A stretch of 37,795 nt of DNA, taken from a virus. The notes beneath the pieces are model-generated. The model made no database searches. It was not told the origin of the DNA and saw only the letters and a program-made list of their open reading frames with translations. Of the stretch, positions 21,284 through 31,480 are shown piece by piece. The position numbers and the translations under genes were made by a program. Position 1 is the stretch's first letter. Every line of letters begins with the position of its first letter. The stretch spans positions 1 to 37,795 of IMG/VR virus record IMGVR_UViG_3300019132_000022. One strand, given 5' to 3'.

Positions 21284-23169
21284 AAGCCAACCACGTCGCG
21301 GCCCTCGCGCGGGCGGAGAAAGCTTTTCGTGAGCGCTGGTGGAAGGCGCCCCCGGAGCGGGTGCACGAGTCCCTCTTCGCCATGGTCCTCGAGATGGACA
21401 AGGACCAAGCCACCCGGCGCGCGGACAATCAGGTGCTGCGCGCGCTCTTCGGCGCCAAGGGCTACCGCTCCACCATCCACGGAGACGCCGCACCCAACCT
21501 GTCCGCCGTCTACGCGGATGGGACGTGGCGCTACAACATCGTCCGCGTCGTGGTGGACATGCTCCTCGCCAAGATTGGCCGGGGCAAGCCCAAGGCGTCC
21601 TTCGTCACGACGGGTGGCACCTGGGCGGAGCAGCGGCGGGCCAAGCGCCTCGACAAATACGTCTTCGGGTGCATGCACGCGGCGGACTTCTACCGGGAGG
21701 CGCGCAAGGTGTTCCGCGACGCTGCGGTGACGGACCTGGGCGTCATTAAGGGCTGGGTGCAGGACGGGCGCATTCACCTCTCCCGCGTGGACCCTGACGA
21801 AATCAAGGTAGCCGCGAGCGATGCCTACTACGGCAAGCCCCGGACGCTCGTGCACTCCTATGTGGTGGCCCGGGATGAGGCGCACGGGTGGGTGGAAGCG
21901 TGGCACGGGGACAAGTCCGAGGAGGAGCGCGAGGTGATGCACCGTGCTGTGGACCGGGCCGAAGTGGGCACGGACAAAGACCGGGCACTCCGCCGGACGG
22001 CCATGTTCGGCGACGTGGTGCAGGTGGAGGAGGCGTGGCACCTGCCGAGCGGGCCGGACGCGGACGATGGGCGCCACGTGCTCTCCCTCTCCACCGTGGC
22101 CCTGGTGGACGAGCCCGCCACCTTCTTCCCCTTCGCCTTCTGCCGCCTCGTGGAGCCCTTCGCGGGCTTCTACGGGCAGGGCGCCGGGGAGCTGCTCGTG
22201 CCGCACCAGCGCGCCATCAACGCCACGTTGCGCCGTATTACAAACATCATCGACCGCATGTCCAAGGGCCGCATCTACGCCGAAACCGGCCAGAAGGTGC
22301 GCGTTGAGCACATCGTGGGCGGTGGTGATACCCAGGTTATCCACGGCGCGCGCCCCCAGATGGGTGGGGAGAACCACGTCCCCTCGGAGTTGTGGGATGC
22401 GGTGGACTACACCATCCGCCGGGGCCTGGAGCAGTGGGGCTTCACGGAGGGGGCAGTTGCCGCACGCAAGCCGGGCGGCCTCTCCTCCGGGCAGGCGCTC
22501 CGGGACCATGAGGACATCCAGAGCGAGCGGCATGCCGTCATCCACCTCGCCTTCGAGGACTTCATCCTCGACGCGGCGCGGCTGGTGGTGCGCCTGTCGC
22601 ACCAAGCCTCGGAGGATGGGGAGCGCCTCACCGCCTTCTTCCCCCGTGGGCGCCGCTCGGACCCCATCGACTGGACGGAGGTGCAGGCGGACGAGGATTC
22701 CTTCACCCTTCAGGTGCACAGCACCAGCAGCCTCCCCGCCACCCCGGCGGCCCGGAAGCAGTACGTGGAGGAGTTGTGGGCCTCGGGCCAAATCGACTCG
22801 GCCGAGTACCGCCGCCTGCTCGACATGCCGGACACGGACGCGTCCACGAACCTCGCCCTGGCGGCCCGGGACGTGGTGGACGCCGCGCTCGAGCGCATGC
22901 TCGACGGGGACGATGACGAGGGGGCCGAGGACGCCTACACCCCGCCCGAGCCCTTTGACGACCTCGCCTACGCAATGAAGCGCGGCGCCGTCGTCTACGC
23001 CCGGGCCCGCCTGGACGGGGCGCCCGAGGGGCGGCTGGAGCTCCTCCGCCGCTACATCCTCCAGGCCGAGGGGATGGTGGCAAAGGCCCGTGCCGCCGCG
23101 GCCCCGCCCGACATGCGCCAGCCGGACGCAGCACAGCCCACGCCCCAGGCCGTACCCGCCGCCGCGTAA
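21280..23169 (+). CDS. Portal protein
   Basis: 629 aa, immediately after terL, with an acidic C-terminal tail. Called from size and position. Confidence 0.75.
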   Translation: MKANHVAALARAEKAFRERWWKAPPERVHESLFAMVLEMDKDQATRRADNQVLRALFGAKGYRSTIHGDAAPNLSAVYADGTWRYNIVRVVVDMLLAKIGRGKPKASFVTTGGTWAEQRRAKRLDKYVFGCMHAADFYREARKVFRDAAVTDLGVIKGWVQDGRIHLSRVDPDEIKVAASDAYYGKPRTLVHSYVVARDEAHGWVEAWHGDKSEEEREVMHRAVDRAEVGTDKDRALRRTAMFGDVVQVEEAWHLPSGPDADDGRHVLSLSTVALVDEPATFFPFAFCRLVEPFAGFYGQGAGELLVPHQRAINATLRRITNIIDRMSKGRIYAETGQKVRVEHIVGGGDTQVIHGARPQMGGENHVPSELWDAVDYTIRRGLEQWGFTEGAVAARKPGGLSSGQALRDHEDIQSERHAVIHLAFEDFILDAARLVVRLSHQASEDGERLTAFFPRGRRSDPIDWTEVQADEDSFTLQVHSTSSLPATPAARKQYVEELWASGQIDSAEYRRLLDMPDTDASTNLALAARDVVDAALERMLDGDDDEGAEDAYTPPEPFDDLAYAMKRGAVVYARARLDGAPEGRLELLRRYILQAEGMVAKARAAAAPPDMRQPDAAQPTPQAVPAAA

Positions 23170-23178
23170 GGAGACGCC

Positions 23179-23457
23179 ATGTTCTACACCCCTCGCAGCA
23201 CCGCCGAAGCCCTCAAAGTCATTTCGGAACTCGTCGCGCACATCGACAGGGGCGGACGCTTCGGCGGACCGGAGGAGGTTGCCGTCCCCGTGTCCGCTCT
23301 GCGGCTCCTCGCCAAGGATGCGGAGGACGCACCCCCGCCAGCGCTCGACGCCCAGGCACGCGACGCCCTCGAAAAGGCCATTGCCGAGGGTCGCGGGGCG
23401 GACGCCGAGGCATTCCACCGCCTCTGGCTGGCCATGCAGGACAAGAAGAGCACGTAG
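23179..23457 (+). CDS. Hypothetical head-module protein (92 aa)
   Basis: ORF track, preceded by TAAGGAG. Confidence 0.65.
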   Translation: MFYTPRSTAEALKVISELVAHIDRGGRFGGPEEVAVPVSALRLLAKDAEDAPPPALDAQARDALEKAIAEGRGADAEAFHRLWLAMQDKKST

Positions 23458-23490
23458 CACCCACGCACCCAGCACGCAGGAGTCCCGCAC

Positions 23491-24456
23491 ATGACGACCC
23501 CCACCGCGCCCGCCCAGGGCACCGCAGCCCCAGGGCAGCCGGCCGCCCCCGAGGGCGCAGCGCCCGCCACAACGCAGCCAGCCGCCGCGCCGGACCGGAA
23601 GGGCCTGGAGGCCGCCGTCCGCCGCACCGTGGCCCTCAAGAAGCAGGAGGCGGAACTCGCGAAGCGCACCGAGGCCCTCAAGCCCATGCAGGAACTCCAG
23701 GCCCTCATGGAGACGAACCCGGCCGAGGCATTCAAGCGACTGGCGGGCTCGAAGTTCCTGGACGCCTACAAGGCCATCACCAACGACGTGGTGGGCGGGC
23801 AGGACGAGGCGGCGGCACTCGCGGCTCTCCCGAAGTCCGTCCGGGAGAAACTGGAGAAGCTTGAGGAGATGGAGAAGCGCGTCCCGGTGGTGGACGAGCT
23901 CCAGCGGCAGCTTGGGGATCTCAAGGCCCAGCGGCAGAAGGCCGAGGAGACGCTCCTGTCCCGTCAGCGTCAGGAGGCGGCGACGCGGGTGTACACGGCG
24001 GGCTTCGAGGCAGTGAAGGCCGTGGCGGACACCCTGCCCCTGGTGATGGCACACCCCAAGAGCGAGGCGCTGGTGCAGGAAGCGTGGACGACGCTCCTGA
24101 GTGAGAAGCGGGAGGAACTAGCGGCGCTCGAGCCCCAGGCCCGGCAGCAGCGCGCGGCCGCGCTCGTGAAGGAGGCGGCGGAGAGCGTCCAGGCGCGGCT
24201 TGAGGGCGAGACGGGGTGGGTCTTGCAAACCCCATGGGCCCGCGAGAAGATGAGCGGCGTCAAGGGCACTCCGCGTGGGCGCCCATCCGCACCAGCAGCG
24301 TCGGGCCGCACCCAGCCCACCCAGAAGCCGCGTACTGGTACCCCGGGAAGCCTGGGTGAGCCGAGCGCGGTGGACTTGCGGAAAATGACCCCCTCTGAGC
24401 GCATCCGCTACCTCACCGAGCGGGAGCGCGCTGGAACCCTCTACGCCAAGAAGTAG
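23491..24456 (+). CDS. Scaffolding protein (putative)
   Basis: 321 aa with a Pro/Ala-rich N-terminus followed by long Glu/Lys/Ala coiled coil. Located between the portal and capsid genes. Confidence 0.6.
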   Translation: MTTPTAPAQGTAAPGQPAAPEGAAPATTQPAAAPDRKGLEAAVRRTVALKKQEAELAKRTEALKPMQELQALMETNPAEAFKRLAGSKFLDAYKAITNDVVGGQDEAAALAALPKSVREKLEKLEEMEKRVPVVDELQRQLGDLKAQRQKAEETLLSRQRQEAATRVYTAGFEAVKAVADTLPLVMAHPKSEALVQEAWTTLLSEKREELAALEPQARQQRAAALVKEAAESVQARLEGETGWVLQTPWAREKMSGVKGTPRGRPSAPAASGRTQPTQKPRTGTPGSLGEPSAVDLRKMTPSERIRYLTERERAGTLYAKK

Positions 24457-24489
24457 CGCCGGGCCCCCGTCCGGCACTGGAGCCCCAAC

Positions 24490-25698
24490 GTGTCGGACAC
24501 CTTTGCCTACCTGCTGAACCAGATGTTCCCCGACGGGCTCGCGGATGCCACCTACCGCGACCCGAAGAACACCTTCCTCGCCCTGCTGAAGAAGGACACC
24601 AAGGCCAACGGCTCCCTCTTCGAGGTGGCCGTGCAGACGACGGCGGGCGGCGGACGCTCGGCGGACTTCGCCACCGGCAAGGCCAACAACAACGGCGGCA
24701 CGGGCAAGCGCTTCGCCTTCCCCTACAAGGACGACTTCGCCTGGGCCCGCATCGACGCCAAGGACATGGCGGCGTCCCGCGCGAATGGCGCCATCGTCCC
24801 CGCGCTCGAGCACGCCATGAAGAACGCCATGGCCAACATCAAGCGCTCCCTGGCCTCCAGCGTGGCGGGCGACGGCTCCGGCCGCATCGGCAGGATTGCC
24901 GCGATTCCCGCCACCACGCCCGCGGGCTCCTTCCGGCTGGCCGACTGGCGAGACCTCGTGCACTTCCAGACGGGCATGTACCTGGAGACGAACCCCACGC
25001 GCACGGGCAGCGCGGGCACCATGCAGACAGGCCGGGCGCTCATCACCCGCATCGTCATGTCCCGCACCAACCCGCTCGTGTACTTCACGGCCGAGGGCGG
25101 GTGGGCGCCGGAGGTGAACGACTTCGTCTACGCCGAGGGCGACTACGACGCGAAGATTCAGGGCATCCAGGCATGGATTCCGGTGACGGCCCCCACCACG
25201 GGTGACAGCTTCGGCGGCGTGGACCGCAGCGTTGACACCCAGCGCCTCGCGGGCATCCGCGTGGACGCCTCGGCGGCCACCACGCACACCGAGGCCCTCC
25301 TGACGTCCGGCGAGGAGTTCCACGTCTTCACCGCCGAGACGACCCACGTCATCCTCTCCCCGGCGGACTGGATTCAACTGGAGCTCGAACAGGAGGGTAA
25401 GAAGCGCCTCGTGGAGGTGGAGAACGACTACAAGCTGGGCATCACCGGCCTCCAACTCGAAGACGGCTCCGTCGCCATCCAGGACCCGTACTTCCCCAAG
25501 GGCTTCGCCTACCGCATCAACCGCGACACCTGGACGCTCATGTCCATGGGCGAGGCGCCGCACCTCGCGAACGAGGACGGCCTGAAGATGCTGCGGGTGG
25601 GTGACGCGGACGCCTTCGAGTCCATGCTGCGCTACTGGGCCAACCTGAAGTGCGACGCCCCGGACCAGAATGGCGTGGTGACGCTGCCCGCCATCTAA
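24490..25698 (+). CDS. Major capsid protein (putative)
   Basis: 402 aa with a GTG start after GGAG. It follows the scaffold gene and is followed by the strongest terminator in the window. Confidence 0.7.
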   Translation: MSDTFAYLLNQMFPDGLADATYRDPKNTFLALLKKDTKANGSLFEVAVQTTAGGGRSADFATGKANNNGGTGKRFAFPYKDDFAWARIDAKDMAASRANGAIVPALEHAMKNAMANIKRSLASSVAGDGSGRIGRIAAIPATTPAGSFRLADWRDLVHFQTGMYLETNPTRTGSAGTMQTGRALITRIVMSRTNPLVYFTAEGGWAPEVNDFVYAEGDYDAKIQGIQAWIPVTAPTTGDSFGGVDRSVDTQRLAGIRVDASAATTHTEALLTSGEEFHVFTAETTHVILSPADWIQLELEQEGKKRLVEVENDYKLGITGLQLEDGSVAIQDPYFPKGFAYRINRDTWTLMSMGEAPHLANEDGLKMLRVGDADAFESMLRYWANLKCDAPDQNGVVTLPAI

Positions 25699-25745
25699 CC
25701 CGCCTGGGGTGGCCTGCACCCCGGTGAGTCGAAATTCACCCGACG

Positions 25746-25797
25746 CCCCTTCCCTCCCCGCAGCCGCTTCGGGTACAGGGAAGGGGCGTTCTTCTTG
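25746..25797 (+). terminator. Rho-independent terminator after the capsid gene
   Basis: A 10-bp stem, ccccttccct (25746-25755) with agggaagggg (25777-25786), followed by cgttcttcttg. Confidence 0.75.
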
Positions 25798-25808
25798 AGA
25801 GGCGAGAC

Positions 25809-26057
25809 ATGAAAGAGAAGGCGAAGGATTTGGACGTGGGTGCCCTGCTGATGGGCGAGGACATGGGCGCCGAGGAGGAAGGGGCCGAGGGCGAAGGGGA
25901 GTCGGCCGAGGTGGACCCCATGGAGATGAAGCGCGAGGCCATGGGCGCCTTCCGCGACGCGCTGAAGGGTGACGACCTGGACACTCAGGTGAGCGCCTTC
26001 GAGACCCTGATGGAGGCGTGCGGCCTGTCGAGCACCTCCTATCCCGAGGAGGAGTGA
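25809..26057 (+). CDS. Strongly acidic small protein (82 aa)
   Basis: ORF track. Asp/Glu-rich (EEEGAEGEGESAEVDPMEM). Confidence 0.65.
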   Translation: MKEKAKDLDVGALLMGEDMGAEEEGAEGEGESAEVDPMEMKREAMGAFRDALKGDDLDTQVSAFETLMEACGLSSTSYPEEE

Positions 26058-26058
26058 C

Positions 26059-26742
26059 ATGGGCACTGTGACCCTGCTGGAGTTGAAGCGCCGCGTCCGT
26101 GAGTTGGCGGACCTGGAGGATGACGCCGAGTTCGTGGATGACGCGGAGCTCGTCGGCCACCTCAACCGCTCCCTCTGGAGCCTGGACGACCTGCTCCACA
26201 AGACGTGGGCCGACTACTACGTGGAGGAACTGGCGGTGACGTTCTCCGGCCCTTCGCACCTCCTCCCGGGGAACCTCTACAAGCTCGTGGCCGTGGACGT
26301 GAAGAGCGGCAACACGTGGCATGACCTCAAGCCCTACTCGCTGGCCGAGCGCAACACGCTCCGCAACGCCATGGGCCCCGTCAACCCCGAGGGAGTGAAG
26401 TACCGGCTGATGGGCAATTCCCTGCGCTTCCTCCCGGACATGCCAGCCAACACCTCGGCGCTCATCACCTACTACCCGCAGCAGCCCGCGCTCGTGGAGG
26501 ACGGCGATACCCGCGACTACCCCAACGGGTGGGAGCAGTACGCGTGCCTCATGGCAGCCATCGTCCTGCTGACGAAGGAGGAGCGCGACGCCAGCGCCCT
26601 GGAGCGCATGCTGGCTGCGGAGAAGGCCCGCATCGAGGAGTCCGCGCCGCTGCGCGACGAGGCGCCGGTGTCCTTCTCGGAGCCCACGGAGAACGCTTCC
26701 GGCTTCACGGCGGACGGCATCGCCCGCTGGCGGAGCCGCTGA
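26059..26742 (+). CDS. Virion structural protein (possible head-tail adaptor)
   Basis: 227 aa with a GAGGAGG RBS. Its position after the capsid gene fits a podovirus-like order. The function is positional only. Confidence 0.55.
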   Translation: MGTVTLLELKRRVRELADLEDDAEFVDDAELVGHLNRSLWSLDDLLHKTWADYYVEELAVTFSGPSHLLPGNLYKLVAVDVKSGNTWHDLKPYSLAERNTLRNAMGPVNPEGVKYRLMGNSLRFLPDMPANTSALITYYPQQPALVEDGDTRDYPNGWEQYACLMAAIVLLTKEERDASALERMLAAEKARIEESAPLRDEAPVSFSEPTENASGFTADGIARWRSR

Positions 26743-26743
26743 C

Positions 26744-27490
26744 ATGGCGCTGCCGAAATTCCTCCGCACCCGCCCCGGCACCGCCCTGGCGGACCACGTG
26801 CGCCGCTTGGAGGAGGCGGTGGCCACCTACGCCCAGGGCCTCACCGGGGAGCGCGGGGGGCTGTTGTCCCATGGCCTCACCCTCCGGGAGCACGCCAAGG
26901 GCCGGGTGTACGCGCTGAAGGATGTCACGTGTCCGTCCGACTGGCGGGCGATTACCTGGGCGAACGGGTGGGTCTCGAATGGCTCGTACATCTCCGGCGC
27001 CTGGAGGAAGGGAGCCGACGGGCGCGTGTACCTGCGCGGCGCGGGTGCCCGGGGTGCTGGCCCACCCGTCTCGGGGAGCACCTTCATCACCGGTCTGCCC
27101 GTGCCGGCGGGCGTCGAGACGTTCGCAGCCCAGACCAACTCGGGCGTGGGCACGGCGGACCTCGTGCCGAGCGGGACGCTCCTTTACTACTCGGGAGGGG
27201 CGGCGCTCTGGCCGCTCACCGGCATGTCCTACGACGCGGCGGACCGCACTCCCCTTGCGTGGCCCACGGCCTCCCAGCCGGTGGTGGTGCTGGGCGAGGA
27301 CTACCCCGGGACGCCGGAGGTGGTGCGCGTGGAAGACGCCGTGACGGCTGCCGGGGTGCACCTCGGCCCGTGCGCGGCGGAGTGGTCAACGGAGGAGGTG
27401 GGTGGCCGGAAGGCCGTCCGCCTGCGTCGCATCGCCGGGCTCACCCCCGGCACCAAGTACACCCTGACGCTCGCCGTCTTGGCGGCGTAA
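26744..27490 (+). CDS. Virion structural protein (possible tail or fibre component)
   Basis: 248 aa, Gly/Ala/Thr-rich and beta-like. Called from position only. Confidence 0.5.
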   Translation: MALPKFLRTRPGTALADHVRRLEEAVATYAQGLTGERGGLLSHGLTLREHAKGRVYALKDVTCPSDWRAITWANGWVSNGSYISGAWRKGADGRVYLRGAGARGAGPPVSGSTFITGLPVPAGVETFAAQTNSGVGTADLVPSGTLLYYSGGAALWPLTGMSYDAADRTPLAWPTASQPVVVLGEDYPGTPEVVRVEDAVTAAGVHLGPCAAEWSTEEVGGRKAVRLRRIAGLTPGTKYTLTLAVLAA

Positions 27491-27502
27491 CCCGGAGATT
27501 CC

Positions 27503-30500
27503 ATGGCCCTCGTGCCGAGCCTGATTGATGTCCCCTTCGAAGGGGGACTGGACACCAACACCGACAAGAAGAAGGTCATCCCCGCGAAACTGCTGGAGTT
27601 GGACAACGCCGTCTTCACCGGCTCCAGCATCGAGTTTCGCCCCGGCGGCTCGTTCCTGGCGGACGGCGTGGCGGCTGGCGGCCCGGCCCTCTCCAGCGCT
27701 CGTGCCCTCTCGGTAGTGGGCGGGGAGTTGCTCCGGTGGACGAAGGACGGCGTGTACGGGCGCTCCTCCGCCTCGGCGCCCTGGGTGAAGCGCGCGGATG
27801 CGGTGGACGCCAATCCACTGGCGTATGACGTCCAGCCCATCGTGCAACGTCCTCGATCGTGCACCATGTTCGACGCGGCGAGCCTCTTCGGCGTCACCGT
27901 CTACACGTGGGTCGAGGCGGAGGCGTCCACGCGCGTCCTTCGCGCCACGGTCGTAGACGAGGCCACGGGCGTCCGCCACCAGGATGCCGTGGCCCTCGCC
28001 ACGCTGGTGCCGTTCAGTTCCAATGACCTCGTGTACCCCCGCGTCATCGCGTGCGGGGCGTGTCTCGTCGTGGCGTACGTCGAGGGCACGAGCACCACCG
28101 CCGCAAACATCCGCGTCCGTGCGCTCTCCCCATCGAGACCCACGGGGTTTTCCACCGCCGCGACCATCGCCAACGCCAAAATCCGGACCGGGACTTTCTC
28201 GGGGCCGGTGGCGCTTGCGGTGGCTGACCTGACACCCGCTGGCGCCGGAACGGGCACGACGGGGCGTCTCGCGGTGTCCTATTCCGCCGTGGCCAACGGC
28301 ATTGCCACGGCCCAGTACACCGTTTCCCCGACGGGTGTCGTCACGCTCGCAACCCCAGCAGCCGTCACGGTGGGTCCGTCGGGCGGGTCCTCCGCCGACG
28401 ATTACGGTTCGGTGCATCTGCACGTGAACGCGGCGCGGACGCGTCTCTTTCTGGTGTTCCGCAACAGGGGAAACAACAAGGTCGAACTGCGGACCTTCGA
28501 CCCGTCGACGCACGCCACGGTCGCGTCTGGCGTCTATCTGGGCGACGCCGGGTCGGCATTCCGGATTACCTTCGTAGAAGCCACGCCGGGGGCCCACCGT
28601 GCGTACATCGAGGTGCAGTCCACTGCCTCGGAGCCGCTATACGCCGCCGCCTTCGCTGATGCTGGGACCGCAACGTCCACCGCCGCCGTCCTCGTGCGCG
28701 GTCTCCGTCTCGGTGGCGGTGCGTTCGTCCTCGGCGGGCGCACCTACCTGCCGTGTCTCTACCAGAACATGTGGGGCACGGCAGATGCGCCGGGCGTGCA
28801 GCCGACGTTCTTTCTGTTCGACGTCGCCGCGTCCAGGGTGGTGCTGCGTGCGCTCGTGGGGCAGGCAGGTGGACCGCTGGACGTCGCCCCCATCCTCGCG
28901 CGCCCCTTCGTGTCGGACTCGGAGGTGTCGCTGGTGGTCCCCGTCCGCGTGCGCGTCGAATTCGAAGAGGCGTCGGGCATCCTGCTGGACACGACCGCCA
29001 TCGGCTTGTCCCGGCTTTCTGTGACCGCTGCCGACCCCGCCGCGCTCGATCGCGCGGAGGAACAGGAGGCGTTGCACGTCGGCGGAGCCGCAGCCGCCTA
29101 CTACGACGGGGCGACCTGGGCAGAAGAGGGATTCCACGTCGCTCCCGAGGGCGTCGTGGTGACGCTGGCCGCGGGCGCGGTGCTTTCGGCGGGCACCTAC
29201 TCATGGGTCGTGTGCTACGAGTGGACAGACGCGCGGGGGCGCCTGCATCGCTCCGCGCCGTCCACCCCGGTAACGGCGACGTCCATCGGCGGGCAGGTCG
29301 CAACCATCACCGTTCCGTATCTGCACCTGACGGGCAAGGCGGGCGTTCGGCTCGCGCTGTACCGGACACAGGCGGATGGCGTGGTGTTCTATCGGGCGCT
29401 CCGGAGCACCGCCACCACCATCCAGCCGAACGCCATCACCGGCAACACCGCCACCATCCAGGACACGACTACGGACCTCAACCTCCGCGACAACGAGGTA
29501 TTGCCCTATGGCGGCGCCTCTGGCGGGAGCGTGGGCGGGGAGTTGTGGCACCGGCCGCCCCGGGGCTACTCCGTGGCGCACAAGCACCAGGAGTACCTCC
29601 TGACGACCGTCATGGATGACCCGTACACGGTGGCCTACACCCTGCCTCTGACGAAGGGTGAGGGCCCGGCCTGGGCGGACGAGTTGCGCCTGAACGTGCC
29701 GAGCGCTCAGGGGCCCGTGGTGGCCCTCGCGACGCTGGACGACAAGTTGGTCATCCTCTGCGAGCGCGGCGCGTGGGCGGTGCTCGGCCGGGGACCCACC
29801 CGAGACGGTGGCAACAACGGCTTCTCTGAGCCCCAGTACATCACCGGCAGCGTGGGTTGCCTCTCGGCCGCCTCTGTCGTCTCCTCGCCGGATGGGCTCA
29901 TGTACCAGTCGCCCAACGGCATCTACCTCCTGTCCCGGAGCCTGGAGACGGTGAAGCTGGGCGCCGGGGTGCAGGAGTACAGCGGGCAGACGGTCGCCCG
30001 CGCGCTCGACGTCCCCGCGCGCCGGGAACTGCGCTGGTACACCCAGGAGGGGCGCACGCTCGTCTACTCGCTGGAATGGCGCCAGTGGAGCACATGGACG
30101 GAGCAGCCCACCCGGGACGCCCTGCTCTTCCAGGACGTGGTGCACTACGCGGACGGCTCCCGCGTGCGCTACGAGGACGCCGCCAGCATCCTGGAGGGGG
30201 GCGCGCCCTTCTCCATGGTGGTCGGCACCTCCTGGCTGAAGTGGGCGGGCTTCTCCGGCCTCCAGCGCGTCTGGAAGGCCCTCCTCGTGGGCACGGCGGG
30301 CGTCACCTGCACCCTGCGGAGCGACGTCTTCTACGACTACGAGGACGTCACCCCGGGCCAGACGAAGGAGGAGACGTTCCCTGGCCGCAGCGTGGGCGGC
30401 CCCCCGGCCCTCCGCGTGCGCCAGACGCTGAAGCAGCAGCTGTGCAACAACCTGCGCTTCCGCTGGACGCTCACCCCGGCCCCCACCGGCCCCACGGACG

Positions 30501-30583
30501 CCGGGAAACTGGGGCTGACTTCGCTTACACTGGAGTTCGGCGCTCACCGGGGAACCGCGAAGCGCCGAGTCTCCAGCCTGTGA
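27503..30583 (+). CDS. Large tail structural protein (nozzle / tail-tubular-B-like by size and position)
   Basis: 1,026 aa with a beta-rich composition and a GGAG RBS. Called from position only. Confidence 0.6.
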   Translation: MALVPSLIDVPFEGGLDTNTDKKKVIPAKLLELDNAVFTGSSIEFRPGGSFLADGVAAGGPALSSARALSVVGGELLRWTKDGVYGRSSASAPWVKRADAVDANPLAYDVQPIVQRPRSCTMFDAASLFGVTVYTWVEAEASTRVLRATVVDEATGVRHQDAVALATLVPFSSNDLVYPRVIACGACLVVAYVEGTSTTAANIRVRALSPSRPTGFSTAATIANAKIRTGTFSGPVALAVADLTPAGAGTGTTGRLAVSYSAVANGIATAQYTVSPTGVVTLATPAAVTVGPSGGSSADDYGSVHLHVNAARTRLFLVFRNRGNNKVELRTFDPSTHATVASGVYLGDAGSAFRITFVEATPGAHRAYIEVQSTASEPLYAAAFADAGTATSTAAVLVRGLRLGGGAFVLGGRTYLPCLYQNMWGTADAPGVQPTFFLFDVAASRVVLRALVGQAGGPLDVAPILARPFVSDSEVSLVVPVRVRVEFEEASGILLDTTAIGLSRLSVTAADPAALDRAEEQEALHVGGAAAAYYDGATWAEEGFHVAPEGVVVTLAAGAVLSAGTYSWVVCYEWTDARGRLHRSAPSTPVTATSIGGQVATITVPYLHLTGKAGVRLALYRTQADGVVFYRALRSTATTIQPNAITGNTATIQDTTTDLNLRDNEVLPYGGASGGSVGGELWHRPPRGYSVAHKHQEYLLTTVMDDPYTVAYTLPLTKGEGPAWADELRLNVPSAQGPVVALATLDDKLVILCERGAWAVLGRGPTRDGGNNGFSEPQYITGSVGCLSAASVVSSPDGLMYQSPNGIYLLSRSLETVKLGAGVQEYSGQTVARALDVPARRELRWYTQEGRTLVYSLEWRQWSTWTEQPTRDALLFQDVVHYADGSRVRYEDAASILEGGAPFSMVVGTSWLKWAGFSGLQRVWKALLVGTAGVTCTLRSDVFYDYEDVTPGQTKEETFPGRSVGGPPALRVRQTLKQQLCNNLRFRWTLTPAPTGPTDAGKLGLTSLTLEFGAHRGTAKRRVSSL

Positions 30584-30592
30584 GGTAGTCCC

Positions 30593-31477
30593 ATGGCGGT
30601 GAATCGGTACGGAGTCGAGGAAGACGACGAGACGGAGGGCGTGCCCGGGCAGCCGCCCTCCCCGGCTGCGCGCACCGCTGGAAACGCCGCCATGGGGGCC
30701 AACAACCGGGAGAATTCGAAGCCCGCGAAACCGTGGTGGGAGCAGGCGTGGGGCGCCATCGCGGGCACGGAGGACACCCCGGGCATCTTCGGGACTGGCC
30801 AGTACCGGCCCGACCGGGTGACGCTCGGGGGCGCGGCAGACCGGGAGGCGGACCGCATCCGCCGACTGGGCGAAGTGGACGCGCGCACCGCCCCCACCAT
30901 GAACACCGCCAACGCGGACCAGTTCCGGGGCCATCTGCTGGCCCTTGCCGGGGACCTTCTCGCGCGCTCGCGCGGGGAGGGGACCAGCGTTGCCCAGCTC
31001 CAGCTTCAGCAGGGGTTGCAGGGCAACCTCGCCAACACCGTGGCGGCGGCCAACTCCATGAGGGGGCCGGGCGCTGCGGCGGGCGCGGGGCAACTCATGG
31101 CCACCCGCGCCAACGCGGGCCAGCAGATGGCCGGGCAGGCTGCCCTGCTTCGCGCCGAAGAGGTGACCCAGGCCCAGGGTCTCCTCGGGCAGGTGGCCGC
31201 TCAGGGCCGGGGCATGGACCTGGACACGGCCTCGCAGAACCTTCAGGCGCAACAGGAGACGCAGCGCCAGAAGGACGCCATGGCCATCCAGCTTCGCGCT
31301 CAGGGCTTCTCCGAGGCCGAGGCGCAGATGATGGCGGATATCGAATTCCAGCGGCAGATGGGTGGGAGCTACGAGAGCGCCGCCCAGCGGAACGGGCAGT
31401 TCTGGCGGGATGTCGCCGCCGGGGCTGGGCAGGCGTTCGGCCAGAAGGCGGGCGGCAAGGGCGGGGGAGGGGCGTAA
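30593..31477 (+). CDS. Internal-virion / ejection-like protein (Gln/Ala/Gly-rich)
   Basis: 294 aa, low-complexity and helical with a Gly-rich C-terminus. Called from position only. Confidence 0.5.
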   Translation: MAVNRYGVEEDDETEGVPGQPPSPAARTAGNAAMGANNRENSKPAKPWWEQAWGAIAGTEDTPGIFGTGQYRPDRVTLGGAADREADRIRRLGEVDARTAPTMNTANADQFRGHLLALAGDLLARSRGEGTSVAQLQLQQGLQGNLANTVAAANSMRGPGAAAGAGQLMATRANAGQQMAGQAALLRAEEVTQAQGLLGQVAAQGRGMDLDTASQNLQAQQETQRQKDAMAIQLRAQGFSEAEAQMMADIEFQRQMGGSYESAAQRNGQFWRDVAAGAGQAFGQKAGGKGGGGA

Positions 31478-31480
31478 ATC

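Noticed and set aside
21181-24054. 957-aa ORF on the minus strand, and similar long antisense ORFs: 24118..26826, 29201..31252, 34690..36252, 17524..18741, 12844..13713, 10056..11018 and, on the plus strand, 3350..5167
   Set aside because: These are shadow ORFs, typical of very GC-rich DNA. They lie antisense to genes with clear motifs (portal, capsid, TerS-like, DnaB, RecT). Their products are Arg/Gly/Pro/His-rich low-complexity strings. They lack RBSs and the codon bias seen on the opposite strand.
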